Of a stretch of DNA of 64,000 nt, positions 13,598-25,631 are shown in pieces (position 1 is the first letter of the stretch; each line of letters begins with the position of its first letter). The position numbers and the translations under genes were made by a program. Source of the stretch: Monocercomonoides exilis PA203 (Eukaryota; Protista; Preaxostyla); contig LSRY02000010.1 in the NCBI GenBank assembly GCA_001643675.2, positions 1,426,001 through 1,490,000 of the forward strand. Direction: 5' to 3'. The notes beneath the pieces are model-generated. The model did not search any database. It had not been told where the DNA came from and saw only the letters and a list, made by a program, of their open reading frames with translations.

Positions 13598-15166
13598 CTT
13601 TTTTAATAATTTTTCTGGTATTTCTTCGTTCATTGTCATCTTCTAAATCATCATCTTTTAAAATTTGGGATTTGAATATTTTTCTTTTATTCGGCTTCTC
13701 TTCAGAAAACAAATCTTTTTCAATTTTTTCTTCAGCAAAATGATCTATTTTCTTTTCATCTTTCATCTTTTTGTATACTTTCGATTCATCGAAAAATGCT
13801 TGGTCGGAAATAATTTTTCCATGGAAATTGAAACGATGGGCTTTTTTTTTCAGTTAGACTGAAGGAGTGTCAAGAAACTTCACCAATACAGAATTCGAAT
13901 GAACAGACAGCACACCTCTTTTTTCAAATGCAGAGTGAATTGTTGAAGGAAGCAATGCAGTTTGCATAGTTTGTGGCAAGGCATTTGCAACTGCTTTTCG
14001 TCTGAGTGCGATCGAAGAGAAGATGGAACAACATAGTTTGAATTGAAACATCTTTTAAACACAGCAAAAACTCCGCAGTCAAGTGGCTGTGTGAGATGGG
14101 TGCTGTGTGGAATAAATGTTTCTGCGTCAATTGATTCATCTGCAAATTTTTGCCACAGATCTGGCTGTGCTCTTAAAGGATGAGAATCCAAGAGAAGAAA
14201 GCATTTATCTTCATTCATTTCTCGCAATTTTCTTCTTTGGACAATTCCAGCCAGTAGTATCTCTTCAGAATAGCGAGCAAACAATGCATCAGTCATCCAT
14301 CCATCATTGTCTGCCCAGGCGTGAAGCTGCGGGCTGAGCAAGACACTCATTTCTTGTGGTAGTTTTTTGGATGGCCAAAGAACAAGGCTTGGAAGAGAAT
14401 AACCATCAGTTGAAACAACAACCACTTAAGTGGAGTTAGGCATGTTGATTGGTGTTTTGGAAAACCCAACTGGAACATCTGAAGGATGAACAGCAAGTTG
14501 TTTTGTGGAGTCGGAAAGATGTAAAGAGGATTCCTCGGTGTTGAAGATGAGTGAAGTGGAGTATTTGTGAGTGTCATGAAGTGATTGAAGAAAAGAGAAG
14601 AAAGGTTGAAGAGACTGTTTGTTAGACACAGATAAACGTTGAATATCAACATTATGAGGAATTTATGTCTTAAAACATGGATTTCGTTTTTCAAAGGAAC
14701 AATGAGTGTATTTGGAAATTTTGACTTCTGGTTCTTCTTTTTCGCCACTTCGAATTTTTGCTTTTGGTTAGCACTGATTCCATCTTTCATTATTATGAAA
14801 AAATATTAATAAGAAAGAAATTGAAATGGTAACCAATTGTATTGTTTTTGTTTCAGAATAACTCACTCCTGTGAAACTTTCTATTCTGACAACTCCAGTT
14901 ATTTATTCTTCATCTTCTTTTGAAAATAGCTCAGGACTTCCAACTTTTCCCACATTTTTTCCCCTTTCAACGGCAGTTACAGCTCAATCAATCGATGAAC
15001 GAGAGAATTCATTAAGATTAGCACCGTCGATCACATGTCATTTTCCATCAGCAATTTTTGCAGCTATACGTACTGATCGATTTTTTGTTTAACGATAATG
15101 GATATGTTTCATCAAATCTCTCAATTTTGTTAATCCAATTTCTTTTCTTTGTTTCTCTACACTCAT
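13598..15166 (-). pseudogene. pogo-like DDE_1 transposase with stops and frameshifts
   Basis: Motifs LIFNTEESS, GWMT, FLLLDSH and PHSTHLTQPLDCGVFAVFK; ATG at 15166. Confidence 0.88.
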
Positions 15167-16051
15167 ACAAATAAAATATAAGAAATATTTTTTTATTTTA
15201 TAAAATGAATATATCTTTTTTTGAATTGAAAAAACAAATACAAATATTAATTTTTTCGATTAAATTCTAACTTTGTCAGCCCCGTTGCTATCACCAAATC
15301 TCTTCAGGGGAGGCACAAATCAGAGATGGAGGAGCTAACTCCCCCATCTCCACCCCCATCAGAGATTAGGAATAGTTATTTAATCTTAATTTCTAACTGC
15401 CGACTTTTCCTTTTATACTAAAAACAATTAATAAAATATGAAAAGTGGGTTGATTAAACTAACTATTAAAATTTTTGTCCGGATAAAAAAATGTCCGGAT
15501 AAAAAAGCTACCCTAAATTTTTATTTTGAAAACTTCCTCACTTTTAATAAAAAACCCTAATCAGTTGATTAAATGAAAAGTTTTCGTTAAACTTAACCCT
15601 AATAAACACATTGACAAGGGATAAACCATCTTTTTCTAAATGAAAACATTATAGGAATATTCTCTCTTTTTAATCTTAGTGGTTTGATCTTTAACTTTTG
15701 ATGATTACTGCTTTAATAATACTGAAAATTTTCAGTTTATTTATCGAATGTTCTCTTTTTGAGAATTTTTACATCAGTTTATAAGGTTTTTTTTTGGTCA
15801 AAAATTCTTCTTTTGGACTATTTTTTTTCAGGTTGCTATGCACCCTTACCGAGATGAGAAAGATAATACAAGAGAAAACATCATGGTTAAATTTGAGTAC
15901 TTTCATTTGAAATGAAGAAAAAAATAATTTGATATAAAGCTTGTTGGAATAAGTTTCACTTGTTCTATCCACAGAAAAAAAGGTTACACATTTACCACTC
16001 AAAGATGAATGAAGAGGAAAAGATAAAAACAAATAAAAAAAAGTGTTTGGT

Positions 16052-17507
16052 TCAGCAGCATACTAAATAATCTTCCAAATTAAAGATCAAATAAAAACCT
16101 TCTCGTGCATCTTTCGTTAAGCTGTATCGAAATCTGAAAACACTATCTTCATATCCTTCCTCCTCCATTTTTTCAAATACCTTTCTTTTTGTCTTTTGTC
16201 TTTTTTCTCCACTTTCATTGTTGTCCATTGAATCCATAATCTTTGACAAAGATGATTGAAAAAATCTATCAATCATTCAATCGATGAAAATTTCACATAT
16301 GAGCTACTCATTTCCTCCAAAATAAGTTCGATAGCTCCTTCATTCAGCAAGTCATCAATTTCCACATTACTGTTATAAGCTGAACTTTGAAAAGAATCTA
16401 CACACAGATCGCTTATGAATGTGTCATAATTCTTTGTCGCTTTGTAAACTTCTACAATTGTGTTGATTAATTTGACATTCTCCCGATTCCAAGATTGGCA
16501 AAGAATAAGAAAGAATCTGTTGTTTCAAACCATCTCCTGATTACAAGCATTTTTTTCTCCTCTTTTCGTACTTTCCCATCTTTTCTCTTCCAATTAATCC
16601 ACTTCAAAAATTCATCCAGTTCTCTTGCTGCCTCTCTCTAAAAAAATTCAGATTATCCACGATCACTCCGATTGGATCATTATTAAGCATGTGAAATCTG
16701 TTCATTAAGAATTCCCAAGCAGACTGATACGCAAGATGAGTAAGGTTGTGATGAACTTGATGGTGTTGAATGATCTCTTCGATCTCATTCAGAAACATCT
16801 CTTTAAACATATTCTTCAATTCAAATAAGCAAATACAAAAGCACAAACAAACAAATGTGAATAATTTGGAATAAAGACATACGTTCACACATTTTCTCCA
16901 TCATGGATTTAGCTCAAGGCTATCAAAGTCATTTCCACTTCTTTTTGAACTTCCTCGCTTTTTCCTTTGTTCAACACAACTTTCAGGAGGAAAGGCACAC
17001 AAATTTCCTTGAGTTTATCGTGGATGGATTTGAATCTTTTGTTCCAAAACAAAAAGCATTCGTAAAGATCAATCAATAACCTTTCATTCTTTTCTTCTTT
17101 TTTCTTCCCTTCTTCAACAATCATCCACTCAAATCTTTTCTTCAAGGAAGTGTTATTAAAAAATAGATGGTCTGTTGTATTTTTCGCATTTTCACATCCA
17201 ACATGTTTCAGTTACTCAAGCGCTTTTTCAAAAGGATATTTGTTCATAAAAATCAATTTAAAGCTTTCATCAAATTCTTCTTTTGATAAAAATGGTTTTA
17301 GCTCTTTTTTGTCCATTTTCTTCAGCATTCCATTCATTTCTTCTTTCATCAGTCTTTGCTCTTCTTCTTCAATCAAATCCAGGAAACATTTCTTTTCAAA
17401 AAAGAAATGAATTGATTTTCCAATAAAAGCAAACAAATTCAAATGCACACACCGCAAAACTGTTCCAATTCTTTCATATCCTTTGTTTTCACACAAACAA
17501 TAGACCA
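16052..17507 (-). pseudogene. KMEEEGYED-family alpha-helical protein, copy 1 (frameshifted)
   Basis: Motifs LLIDLYECF, LLKVVLNK..EEVQKEVEMTLIALS, HHQVHHNLTHLAYQSAWEFL and KRKVFEKMEEEGYED are spread over shifted frames. Confidence 0.8.
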
Positions 17508-17736
17508 TCAATAATTCATATTATCCCATTCAAACGAAAACAAAATAATGTGAAGAGAGTTATAATAGGCAACATTAAAACTAAAAACTGTCATCAATAT
17601 TTCGATATTCAAACGATTCTTTCTTATCCAAACAATAAAAGTGCATAAGCACCTTTATTTTCAAGAAAAACATCCATTCAATTCCTTCTCTTTTATTTGA
17701 GATCACGATCAATGGGTCATCGCCACGATCGGATCA

Positions 17737-18636
17737 ATGTTGCAATCTTCGCAGTTCGCGACATTTCCTGGACTTACGCCGTCGACCGAAGCAGCCGGAC
17801 TGCCAGGTGGGGCGCAAAGCCAGATGAACATCAAATTGCAGCCGCAGCTCCTTTCTCCGCCTTTTATCAACCAGCCAACAGGATCTTCAACACAGCCGTC
17901 AGACAGAGAAAAGAGCAGACGAGCAGAAGAAGAAGGCATGTACGAAGCTGCAGCATCTGTTTTTGAAGAAGTATTTGCACAGGATCCAGTTAAATCTTTG
18001 CTCGACATTCAGATTCATGCTTTTTCAGTGGAAAGAATTCAGCGGGAATATTCCTTACACGATTTAAGCCGCTTGTTACCGCCAGTGCCTCCTCCAGCTA
18101 CAAAATCTAAGAACTGGTTCAACGACGCTCTAGACAACGCAGGATATAAACAGGAGATGTGCCTATGTCAAGCCTTCAAAGCCGTTTTGTTTTGCTTAGC
18201 CGAAATGGATTCCAACAAGGAGAGCGCACGACAGAGAGCTTCAGATGCGCTTGTCCTCACGGCAAAAGCGTTCTAGGAGGCCAGAAATACCAGTATTCAA
18301 GGGCGGTTCGGGTTTAAAGCAGCGGAAAAAATGAGAGCGGAAGCGGCGGCTGGGCTGTTGACATTGAGACAAGAACAGATCCTGAAAGAATCGGAGCTAG
18401 AAACGGATATGGCTAGTGCGCGAAGGAAATACAGAGGTTTTGAAACAATGATCGAGGCAACGAAGGAAAGAATGGATTTCCGTTCAGCCAGCCCAGTTCA
18501 GGCGCAGTCAAAAGGAGGAGCAGGTCAGAAGTTATTTCGTCATAGACCCCGCTCTTTCTCAGGAAGGAGAAGCTATGGAAGCCGAACGAGAGCAGCAGGA
18601 TGGTCCAGTCGGAGTCGGGGTCTTCAAAGGAATTAA
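17737..18636 (+). pseudogene. DIRS gag-like ORF1 with one premature TAG
   Basis: ORFs 17737-18276 and 18331-18636 are in one frame, lie between the left ITR and RT, and end in an R/S/G-rich tail overlapping the RT start. Confidence 0.7.
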
Positions 18637-19296
18637 CGAAAGCAACAGAGAAAGAGTCGCAGCCAGATCAGATCATTGGAGGAAGAACGGTGCTGTTCTT
18701 AAAGGCATGGGAAGAGATTGGAGGAGGAGATTTGATCCGAAATGGGATCCAAGCGATGTGGAAGAGCAGAAGAGAAAGAGAGAGACTTTCAAAGATGTCG
18801 TACAGAGATGGAGCCGAGCGAACAAGCGGGGAGCACAGAAGAGCCTTCAAGGATTTGTTGGAGGAACAGACGAGGACCGGAATAGTGGAGGAGATAAATC
18901 AGGAAGATGTCAAACACAGGAACAACGTATTCCTGATCAAGAAAAAGAACGGAACATGGAGGCAGATCTTAGACTATCGTCGTTTGAATGCAGCGGTCCT
19001 CAGAACGCATTTCAAATGCGACAACGAGAGAACAGTGGAGAGAATATTGCTGAAAGAAGATTGGGCAGTGACGATAGACCTTCATCAGGCATATTATCTT
19101 CTCCCAGTTTCAGAGAATCTCAAACCATATCTCGCTTTCAGATTTCTCGGAAAAGATTACGTATTCAAAGGAATGCCTTTCGGATTCGTTGATGCACACA
19201 GAATATTCACACATGTGATGAGGAAAGTGACGAAGGAAATAAGAAGAAGATGGCATGTGAGGCTTGTTGCGTATTTGGACGACCTGCTAATATTAC

Positions 19297-22203
19297 TAAG
19301 CCTGGGTGACGTGAAGAAAAAAGTTTGTCACGTCCGTCACCAGTTTTCCCCCTCACAAAAAAAAAAAAAAATAAAAAAAAAAAAAAAAAGAAGGAAGGAA
19401 AGGAAAGATGCAGATAAAAAAATTTATTTTTTTTTTTTAATTATTGTTAAATTCAGCATTTTTTTTTCCTTGTGAAAAAAAAATTTAAAATCATAAATCC
19501 CATTATAATATGATAGGAAATAAAGCTGGTTTGTTCAAAAATCAAATGAGAAATGCATGTGGATGATGATGGTGTGAGAACTGACTTTTCATTGCTTTTT
19601 ATAATTATTCTTTAACCTGGAATAGTTGAACCTTAGCATAAGCTTATCCAATATATATATGTAAACAACATAGTTTTCTTAATACAATTGCATTATTAAC
19701 GATCAGATTAAGAACGTAACTGAAAAGTTCACTGGTTTGCATTCATTGCTGCATGTGAATTTTTGGTTATTGCATTTCTTTCTTTCTTAAAAATTTTGAA
19801 GTATTGTTTGATGGAATTGAAGAGTGCGATGAGGAAGAACAAATGCAGAGAATCAAAGAGCTGAATGAAATGGTTTATGAAATGGATGAAGAAGAATTCG
19901 AATCAGTTTTAACAAAAGAACTGTTCAATAAAATTGATGATATGATTGAAAAAGAGAAAATGTCAACGAAAATACAATTTTTCTACTGAAGCATGTTGGA
20001 TATTGCAAAGTACCGAACCGCATTTAGGATTTTGCATTTAATGATTCTTTTTTGAATGATCGATTTCAGGAAATGATTATAAAAGAAAATGAGAAAAAAG
20101 AAGTAAAGAATGAAAGACTGGTGCTTGGTGTATGCAAATGTTACTCAATGCTTCACAGTTATATATATTTTTGTGAGGAATTACTTTCAATCTGTGTGTC
20201 TTGCCTTTTGATAACAGCTTTGAATAAAGATGAAAGCAAAGAAGCATTAAAAGAAGTAAAAATGGCTTTATCTGCTTTGAGAAGCGTTGATGGCTGCAAT
20301 GTTTGCTCGTTTTCTCTTTCTTTTTGATGTTTTTGTTATTTTCTTATATTTTTTAACAGAAAATTGAAAAAGAACTTTTCTGGGATGAAATCAAAGAAAT
20401 CATCAGATAACGCCAGCGACATCATAATCTGACACGGCTTGCGCATCTGTCTACTTGGTAGATTTTGACAGAAGGATTTGGTATTGATCAAAGCCTTAAA
20501 GGAGAGATTGTGAATGAATTGCATTCCACGAGAGAGGCATCAAAATCATTGAAAGAGCTGATGGAAAAGCATATTGGAGGAGAGAAAAAGAAGAGAAAAA
20601 TGAAGGAAAAGAAGTGAAAGAAGAACTTGTTTTATTGAAATGGATCCAAAAGATTTGAACTACATTTTCTCTTTCGCTTATTGTGGAGCAAATAATTTAT
20701 TGGACTTGTTCACAGTGCGTTCAGGTATTTCGAGCATCAAGGGATTCCAACAGAATGGAAAGCAAGAATTGCATTTTTTTCTTGAGAAATGCAGCGGAAG
20801 GCAAAAATGTGAATGTTGAAGACTTGCTCAAAGGAGGAGATATTGATGCTGTATTGGAGGAAATGAATCAATCAACGTTGAACGAAGGTGTGGCATTTGA
20901 AAGCTTTCTCTTCTTTTTGAATATTTCAAGAAGACTGAAAGAAGAGGAGGAGGATGAAAAGGAAGAAGCAAATAAAAAGGAAACAAAAAGGAAGATATTT
21001 GAAAAGATGGAAGAAGAAGGATATGAAGATATCATCTCAAGCTTTCATGTTATTCTTGATTATCTTTTCAAAAAATTTAATCGTTATTTGACTTTGAAAT
21101 TTACGATTATTTTGTGAATTCTCGAGGAATTGCTTTGAGTCTAATTACTCAAAAATGGCATTTTTCCATTTTCATCATTTCGTCAAAATAGAAAACATAC
21201 ATTTTATTCTTTAAAAGCGACTGTTTTTCATTATTTCAAAAAAAAAAGAGAGAGAGAAACGATAACAATATAACAAAGTTAAAAATATTATTAATAAATG
21301 AATAATCTTCTCATTTTCATAGATTCTTCAGAGACATTTTCCTTAAATGAATTGAAACTTTTATCTTCTTCAATATGTTTTTATTTGAATTATTCTTTTC
21401 ATTATTATTATTCTCCTGATGGCTCAACTTCTTCAATAGCAATTTCAACACACACTGATTGAAAACCTTCGCCTGCTGTGCCCACAAACAAAAATTTTAT
21501 TCACTTTATAAAAGCAAATGTGAATCTTTTTGGTGATCTTGGTATTAAAAAATAACTTTTTTTCTGTAACGTCACATACGGTTCCGATTGAGTGCAAAAA
21601 ATTGTCGAAAGATGGTTTTTAATATTTATAAGTTTCGTCTTTTTCCGATGAAAATTGTCGTATCACATGAAGCGAAAACTTTGATGAGTTTATCGAACAA
21701 AAAATTATCCAACAACGAAAGCTTCGAATTAACTTCTTCGAACAATCAGAATTTTTCATTCAATCAATGAGCATTCTTCAGCATCATTTTGAGATTTGTA
21801 TTCAGTTCTTTCATAAAAAATAAGAGAATTTCCAATATTAATTAAAATTGTTATGGTTGTGGGAACAGTTAATAATTAAAGCTTTCAAATAAGAAATTTA
21901 GCTTGTTTGTTTAGATCTTCTGCTCCTTTTTATGCTTCATTTATTTAATGACTGTGTGTGACGTCAAAAGTCACTGACGTCAGTGATTTGTCAAAATTCC
22001 GATTTTCGCTTACACGTCAGTGAAAATTTCATAATGGAAAATTCGATATTTTCTATTTTCAAAATAAATTATTTTTGAAAACATTTATTATTAAGAAACT
22101 TTAAAATAATTATGTTGGTTTTTTGTTGTGACGTGGAAAAAACTGTCACGTCCGTCAAAAATCGAAAATGTCACGTCAGAAGTCAGCACGTCACCCAGGG
22201 TTA
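19297..22203. mobile_element. Non-autonomous hAT-like DNA transposon (2907 bp) carrying a host gene copy
   Basis: TIRs TAAGCCTGGGTGACGTG and (rc) TAACCCTGGGTGACGTG match at 16/17. The 8-bp TSD AATATTAC lies at 19289-19296 and 22204-22211, and subterminal TGACGT motifs are repeated. Excision restores the RT frame YLDDLLILHQDQMHL. Confidence 0.92.
19690..21117 (+). pseudogene. KMEEEGYED-family copy 2, inside the hAT-like element
   Basis: Motifs TEKFTG, EEQMQRIKELNEM, CLLITALNK...EVKMALSAL, HNLTRLA and KRKIFEKMEEEGYED, with frameshifts. Intron-like gaps (about 19736-19801 and 20301-20359) match the intron positions of the other copies. Confidence 0.85.
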
Positions 22204-23469
22204 AATATTACATCAAGATCAAATGCATTTAAGAAGAATTACGGAAGAGATTGTGCAGTTTTTGGAGTCGCTTGGGCTGCTAGAAAACAAGGAAAAAAGC
22301 CACCTATCTGCCAGCAGAGAGTTTGTTTACCTCGGATACAGATGGAACTCGGAAATAATGGAGGTTCAGTTGGAGGAAGACAGAAGAATTGCATTGATGA
22401 AAGAAGTGGACAAATGGAAAGTGAAAGCAGTGAAAGCCAAGAAGGTGAGAATAAAAGATTTCGCCTCGTTCATTGGAAAACTTAGCGCAATCCGTTTCGT
22501 TCAGCAAGACACTTCCCTATGGCTGCATTCCATGCATCGCCTCTTACAAAAGGATTGGAGTTGCAAGGATGGAGCGGACAGATGAGAATCAACGCATCCA
22601 TTATCCAACAGATTTTGCAATGGAGGAAGATATTGAAATCACGCCCTCAACGCAAGCTAATTCCAGTGTTTGTCCCATAGGCAGTGATGACAACAGATGC
22701 ATCGGAAGTGGCGTGGGGGGCTACGCTGTCAATCAACAATCAACTGTTAGACGCACACAATCGGTTTCCACAGCAACTTGCGAAACAGTCATCGAATAAC
22801 AGGGAGTTAATGGCGGTGTGGTTAGCTCTCAACCATTTTGTCCCAGCGCTCCAGAGGAACGGAATCAGTCGACTGCATCTGAGATCGGACAATACAGCGG
22901 TTGTCTTCAATATAAACAGATGGAATGCAGGAAAGAACTTGAGACCCGTACTGAGAAAGATATGGAGATGGAAGGAAGAAACACATATAGAGATGAGAGC
23001 CACACACATCCCAGGCATCAAGAACACAAGGGCAGACGCTCTGTCAAGACTAGAGAGAGCAGGGGATTACGAAGTGCGAGCAGAAGAGCTGCAGGAGATT
23101 CTGAAGATAGCTCAGAGGACACCGACACTGGATGCATTTGCAGCAAGTCACAATCACAAGTTGGAGAGATGGTGTGGCATCAACAGTCCGATTGCAGAGG
23201 ATGGTCTCATGGTTCCATGGAAAGACGAAGTTGTTTTGGCTCACCCTCCTGTGCCGCTGATTGTATCAACGATTCAGAAAGCGAAAAGGGAGAAAGCACA
23301 AGTGATCTTACTCCTGCCGAACTGGAGAGGCCAGAACTGGGACACTCTTTTGAAGTCGATACCACACAGGAGCTGGGACTGGAAGCTGCAAAAGGAAGTG
23401 TTACAGAAAGGCCCCTCAATGCGATGGACGAATGCCAGTCTTCCTCCAGGACGGTTGAGGATCGTGTTG

Positions 23470-24747
23470 TTGAATCCATACAGCGTGACGGAGAAGAATG
23501 GTGGAAACGCGCTTTGGAGCAGAAAGCTTTCGCAACAGATCTTGCAGAAGAGTGCCGCAAGGGAATAGCTGAGACAACGTGGAAAGGATATCTTTTCGGC
23601 TTTGCACATTTTGGAAAGCAATGGAAGGAATGTGGCCACAAAGAAATACCAGACAATATATTCGATTGGGCATCAAATTGCGCTAATGTATTTTTATCCC
23701 TTAGAAATGGCGGAATGTCGCTCACGTGCCTGCAAATAACAAGAGCTGCAGTTTCTTTTTATTCCAGTCTCGTTTTCAATACATGCTTAGGTGATATCCC
23801 ACTCATTAAGATGCTATTCAGAGCGTTCAGAAGAACAAATAGATCAAAGAGAAAAGAAAACAGAGATATTTGGAACCCACAGACGTTGTTGTAATATTTC
23901 GCAGATCAGGGACCGAATGAGCATTGAGCTTTAAGCAACTGACAATAAAGGTGATTGTTTTAACAATGTTATTTTCAGCCTGCAGATTTACAGAGCTTGA
24001 GAGAATAGACATGAGAAATTCAAGGTTTAAAGAAGAAGGAATATATATTGACACGAGACTGAAGACTTCGGAGACACGCACAGAGATTGCCGTTCCGTAT
24101 TTATCATACTTGCCACTTATTTGTCCTGCTTTCGCGATTAAGACCTTGTGGGAGAGAGTAAAACAAGCTAACCCAAACACAATCAGTCTGCTTCTTAATA
24201 CAAACACTTTTGCCCCGTTGGCACCAGGAGAGATTTGCAAGCTTGCCAAGGAAGCACTGACCAACGCCGGTAAACCAGACACATTTTCTCCATACTCAAT
24301 CAAGGCAGCCTCAATTTCGGCTTTGACAATGGCAGGGATTCTTCCAGTGTAGTTGCAAAGTTTGCTCGTCTTTCTCCTCAAACAAACACATTGGTTAAAC
24401 ATCACTTCAGGGCGGATTTGGCTTCAGCAATGGGCAAGGTGATTGCTTCATCACCAGAAATATCGACAAAGCAGGCACAGCGCGCTGAAAAAGACGAACA
24501 GAAAGGAAGGAAAGAAAGCCAGAACAATGATGAAAAGAAGGTTGCAATTGTTAAGAAGCAGTACAATATGAGTAAAAGAAACGAAAAAATCCAAGCTTCC
24601 GACGACTCCCAAGCAATAATGCCTTCGAAGATTGAAGAACCAAAGGAAGATGAAAAAGAGGATACAGAATATGACAAAAGGTTTATTATCAGAACAAGAG
24701 CTCAATCAAAGAAAGAAGAAATTCAGAAGGAATGGAAAGTGTCATAA
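23470..24747 (+). pseudogene. DIRS tyrosine recombinase with stop and frameshifts
   Basis: TWKGY N-terminal region, IWNPQTLL, LFSACRFTEL, CPAFAI and YSIKAASISAL; overlaps the end of pol as usual in DIRS. Confidence 0.88.
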
Positions 24748-24787
24748 GCTGTAGTCATGATGGTATCAGAAATTCCCAACTAACATT

Positions 24788-24894
24788 TGATCTCAAATAA
24801 AAGAGAAGGAATTGAATGGATGTTTTTCTTGAAAATAAAGGTGCTTATGCACTTTTATTAGAAAAGAAAAACGATATTCAATTCCTTCTCTTTT
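24788..24894. repeat. DIRS internal complementary region (ICR)
   Basis: 24788-24859 is the reverse complement of 17634-17705, and 24857-24894 is the reverse complement of the last 38 or so bases of the right ITR. Confidence 0.93.
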
Positions 24895-25631
24895 TCCCAC
24901 CACCGTTTTCACTCCCAACCCCTCTTTTATATAAGTTTTTTACATTGTCTTGTGTTCCACAATTCCTTTTCTTAGCGATAATTTGTTTTTAAAAACGCAA
25001 AGTTTTGATTTTTCAAACAAATGCATATACCCTCACATCACTACCACATTGATCCTGGGCGATGACCCATTGATCGTAATCTCAAATAAAAGAGAAGGAA
25101 TTGAATATCGTTTTTCTTTTCTAATATTGACTTTTTGAAATTGAGAAAAAGAAATGAAGCGGATTATTGAAGATTACTTTTTAATGATCTGATCGGATAA
25201 TTTATGAAGAATGAATATTTTTAAAAACATTTGCATTTTAAGAATTTTTCTTTTCTTCTTCTCCTCCTTCGATCTCTTCATTGATGATATTTTTGCTTGG
25301 AAGAAGGGAAGAACAATTGCTTCGTGAAAGGGAATTGTTGAACAAAAAGGCCGAATGCAATCTTAACCATATTTTTGTGTTGCAACGTGGAGCAAGTTTG
25401 ACAAATTTTTTGTTGTTAATTGGGATTTAAATAACGTGCTTTGATGTTTATTAAAGTTCCTCATTTCCCTTTTTTGTTCAATTCGACTGATTGGATTGTA
25501 CATTTTTTTTAATGAAGAAGTGCTTCATATTTTCAATCACACAGAAATCCAACCCTCTTTTGACTCACCTTCTCGAAAGAAAGCCAACTTTTTCTTCTTT
25601 ATCATCTTCAGTTCTTTCACTGATTGCTATA

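Larger units (their letters stand above)
8254..15513 (-). mobile_element. pogo-like DNA transposon (about 2.04 kb net) interrupted by the 8377-13589 insertion
   Basis: TIRs GGGTGATTTTTTTATCCGGACAT and (rc) GGGTAGCTTTTTTATCCGGACAT match at 20/23, with TA on both flanks. Removing the insertion and one TSD rejoins the transposase C-terminus (...KKEFMDHIYY*). Confidence 0.85.
18600..23568 (+). pseudogene. DIRS pol (RT, RNase H, DNA N6-adenine methyltransferase-like domain), split by the hAT-like insertion
   Basis: RT motifs WRQILDYRRLN, IDLHQAYY, MPFG, YLDD, YLGY; RNase H TTDAS, NNRELMAV, RSDNT, HIPG..N..ADALSR; MT-like LDAFA...AHPP...LPNW. Frameshift near 22560 and TAG at 22678. Confidence 0.93.
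17634..25126 (+). mobile_element. DIRS1-like tyrosine-recombinase retrotransposon, structurally complete but inactivated (about 4.6 kb net)
   Basis: Left ITR 17634-17740, right ITR 25046-25126, internal complementary region 24788-24894; gag, RT/RNase H/methyltransferase-like and YR ORFs; AAT(A) at both ends. Confidence 0.95.

Noticed and set aside
15321-15350. GC-rich hairpin GAGATGGAGGAG-CTAA-CTCCCCCATCTC as a Helitron end or ncRNA
   Set aside because: There is no CTRR terminus at the expected distance; it lies in the pogo 5' region with no other support.
19293-22204. piggyBac interpretation of the insertion in the DIRS (CCC/GGG next to TTAA)
   Set aside because: The left side reads CTAAGCC rather than TTAACCC, and only the 8-bp TSD AATATTAC restores the RT frame.
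9968-23894. Several premature stops are TAA/TAG at plausible Gln positions (9968, 12329, 18274, 22678, 23892), suggesting a TAR=Gln code or RIP-like mutation
   Set aside because: The 2081-aa ORF has Gln runs with no in-frame TAR, and host genes end in TAA (ARH1) and TAG (kinase). The same elements also carry frameshifts, and CAR-to-TAR is the commonest nonsense route. A genome-wide CpA/TpA test would be needed to revive the RIP idea.
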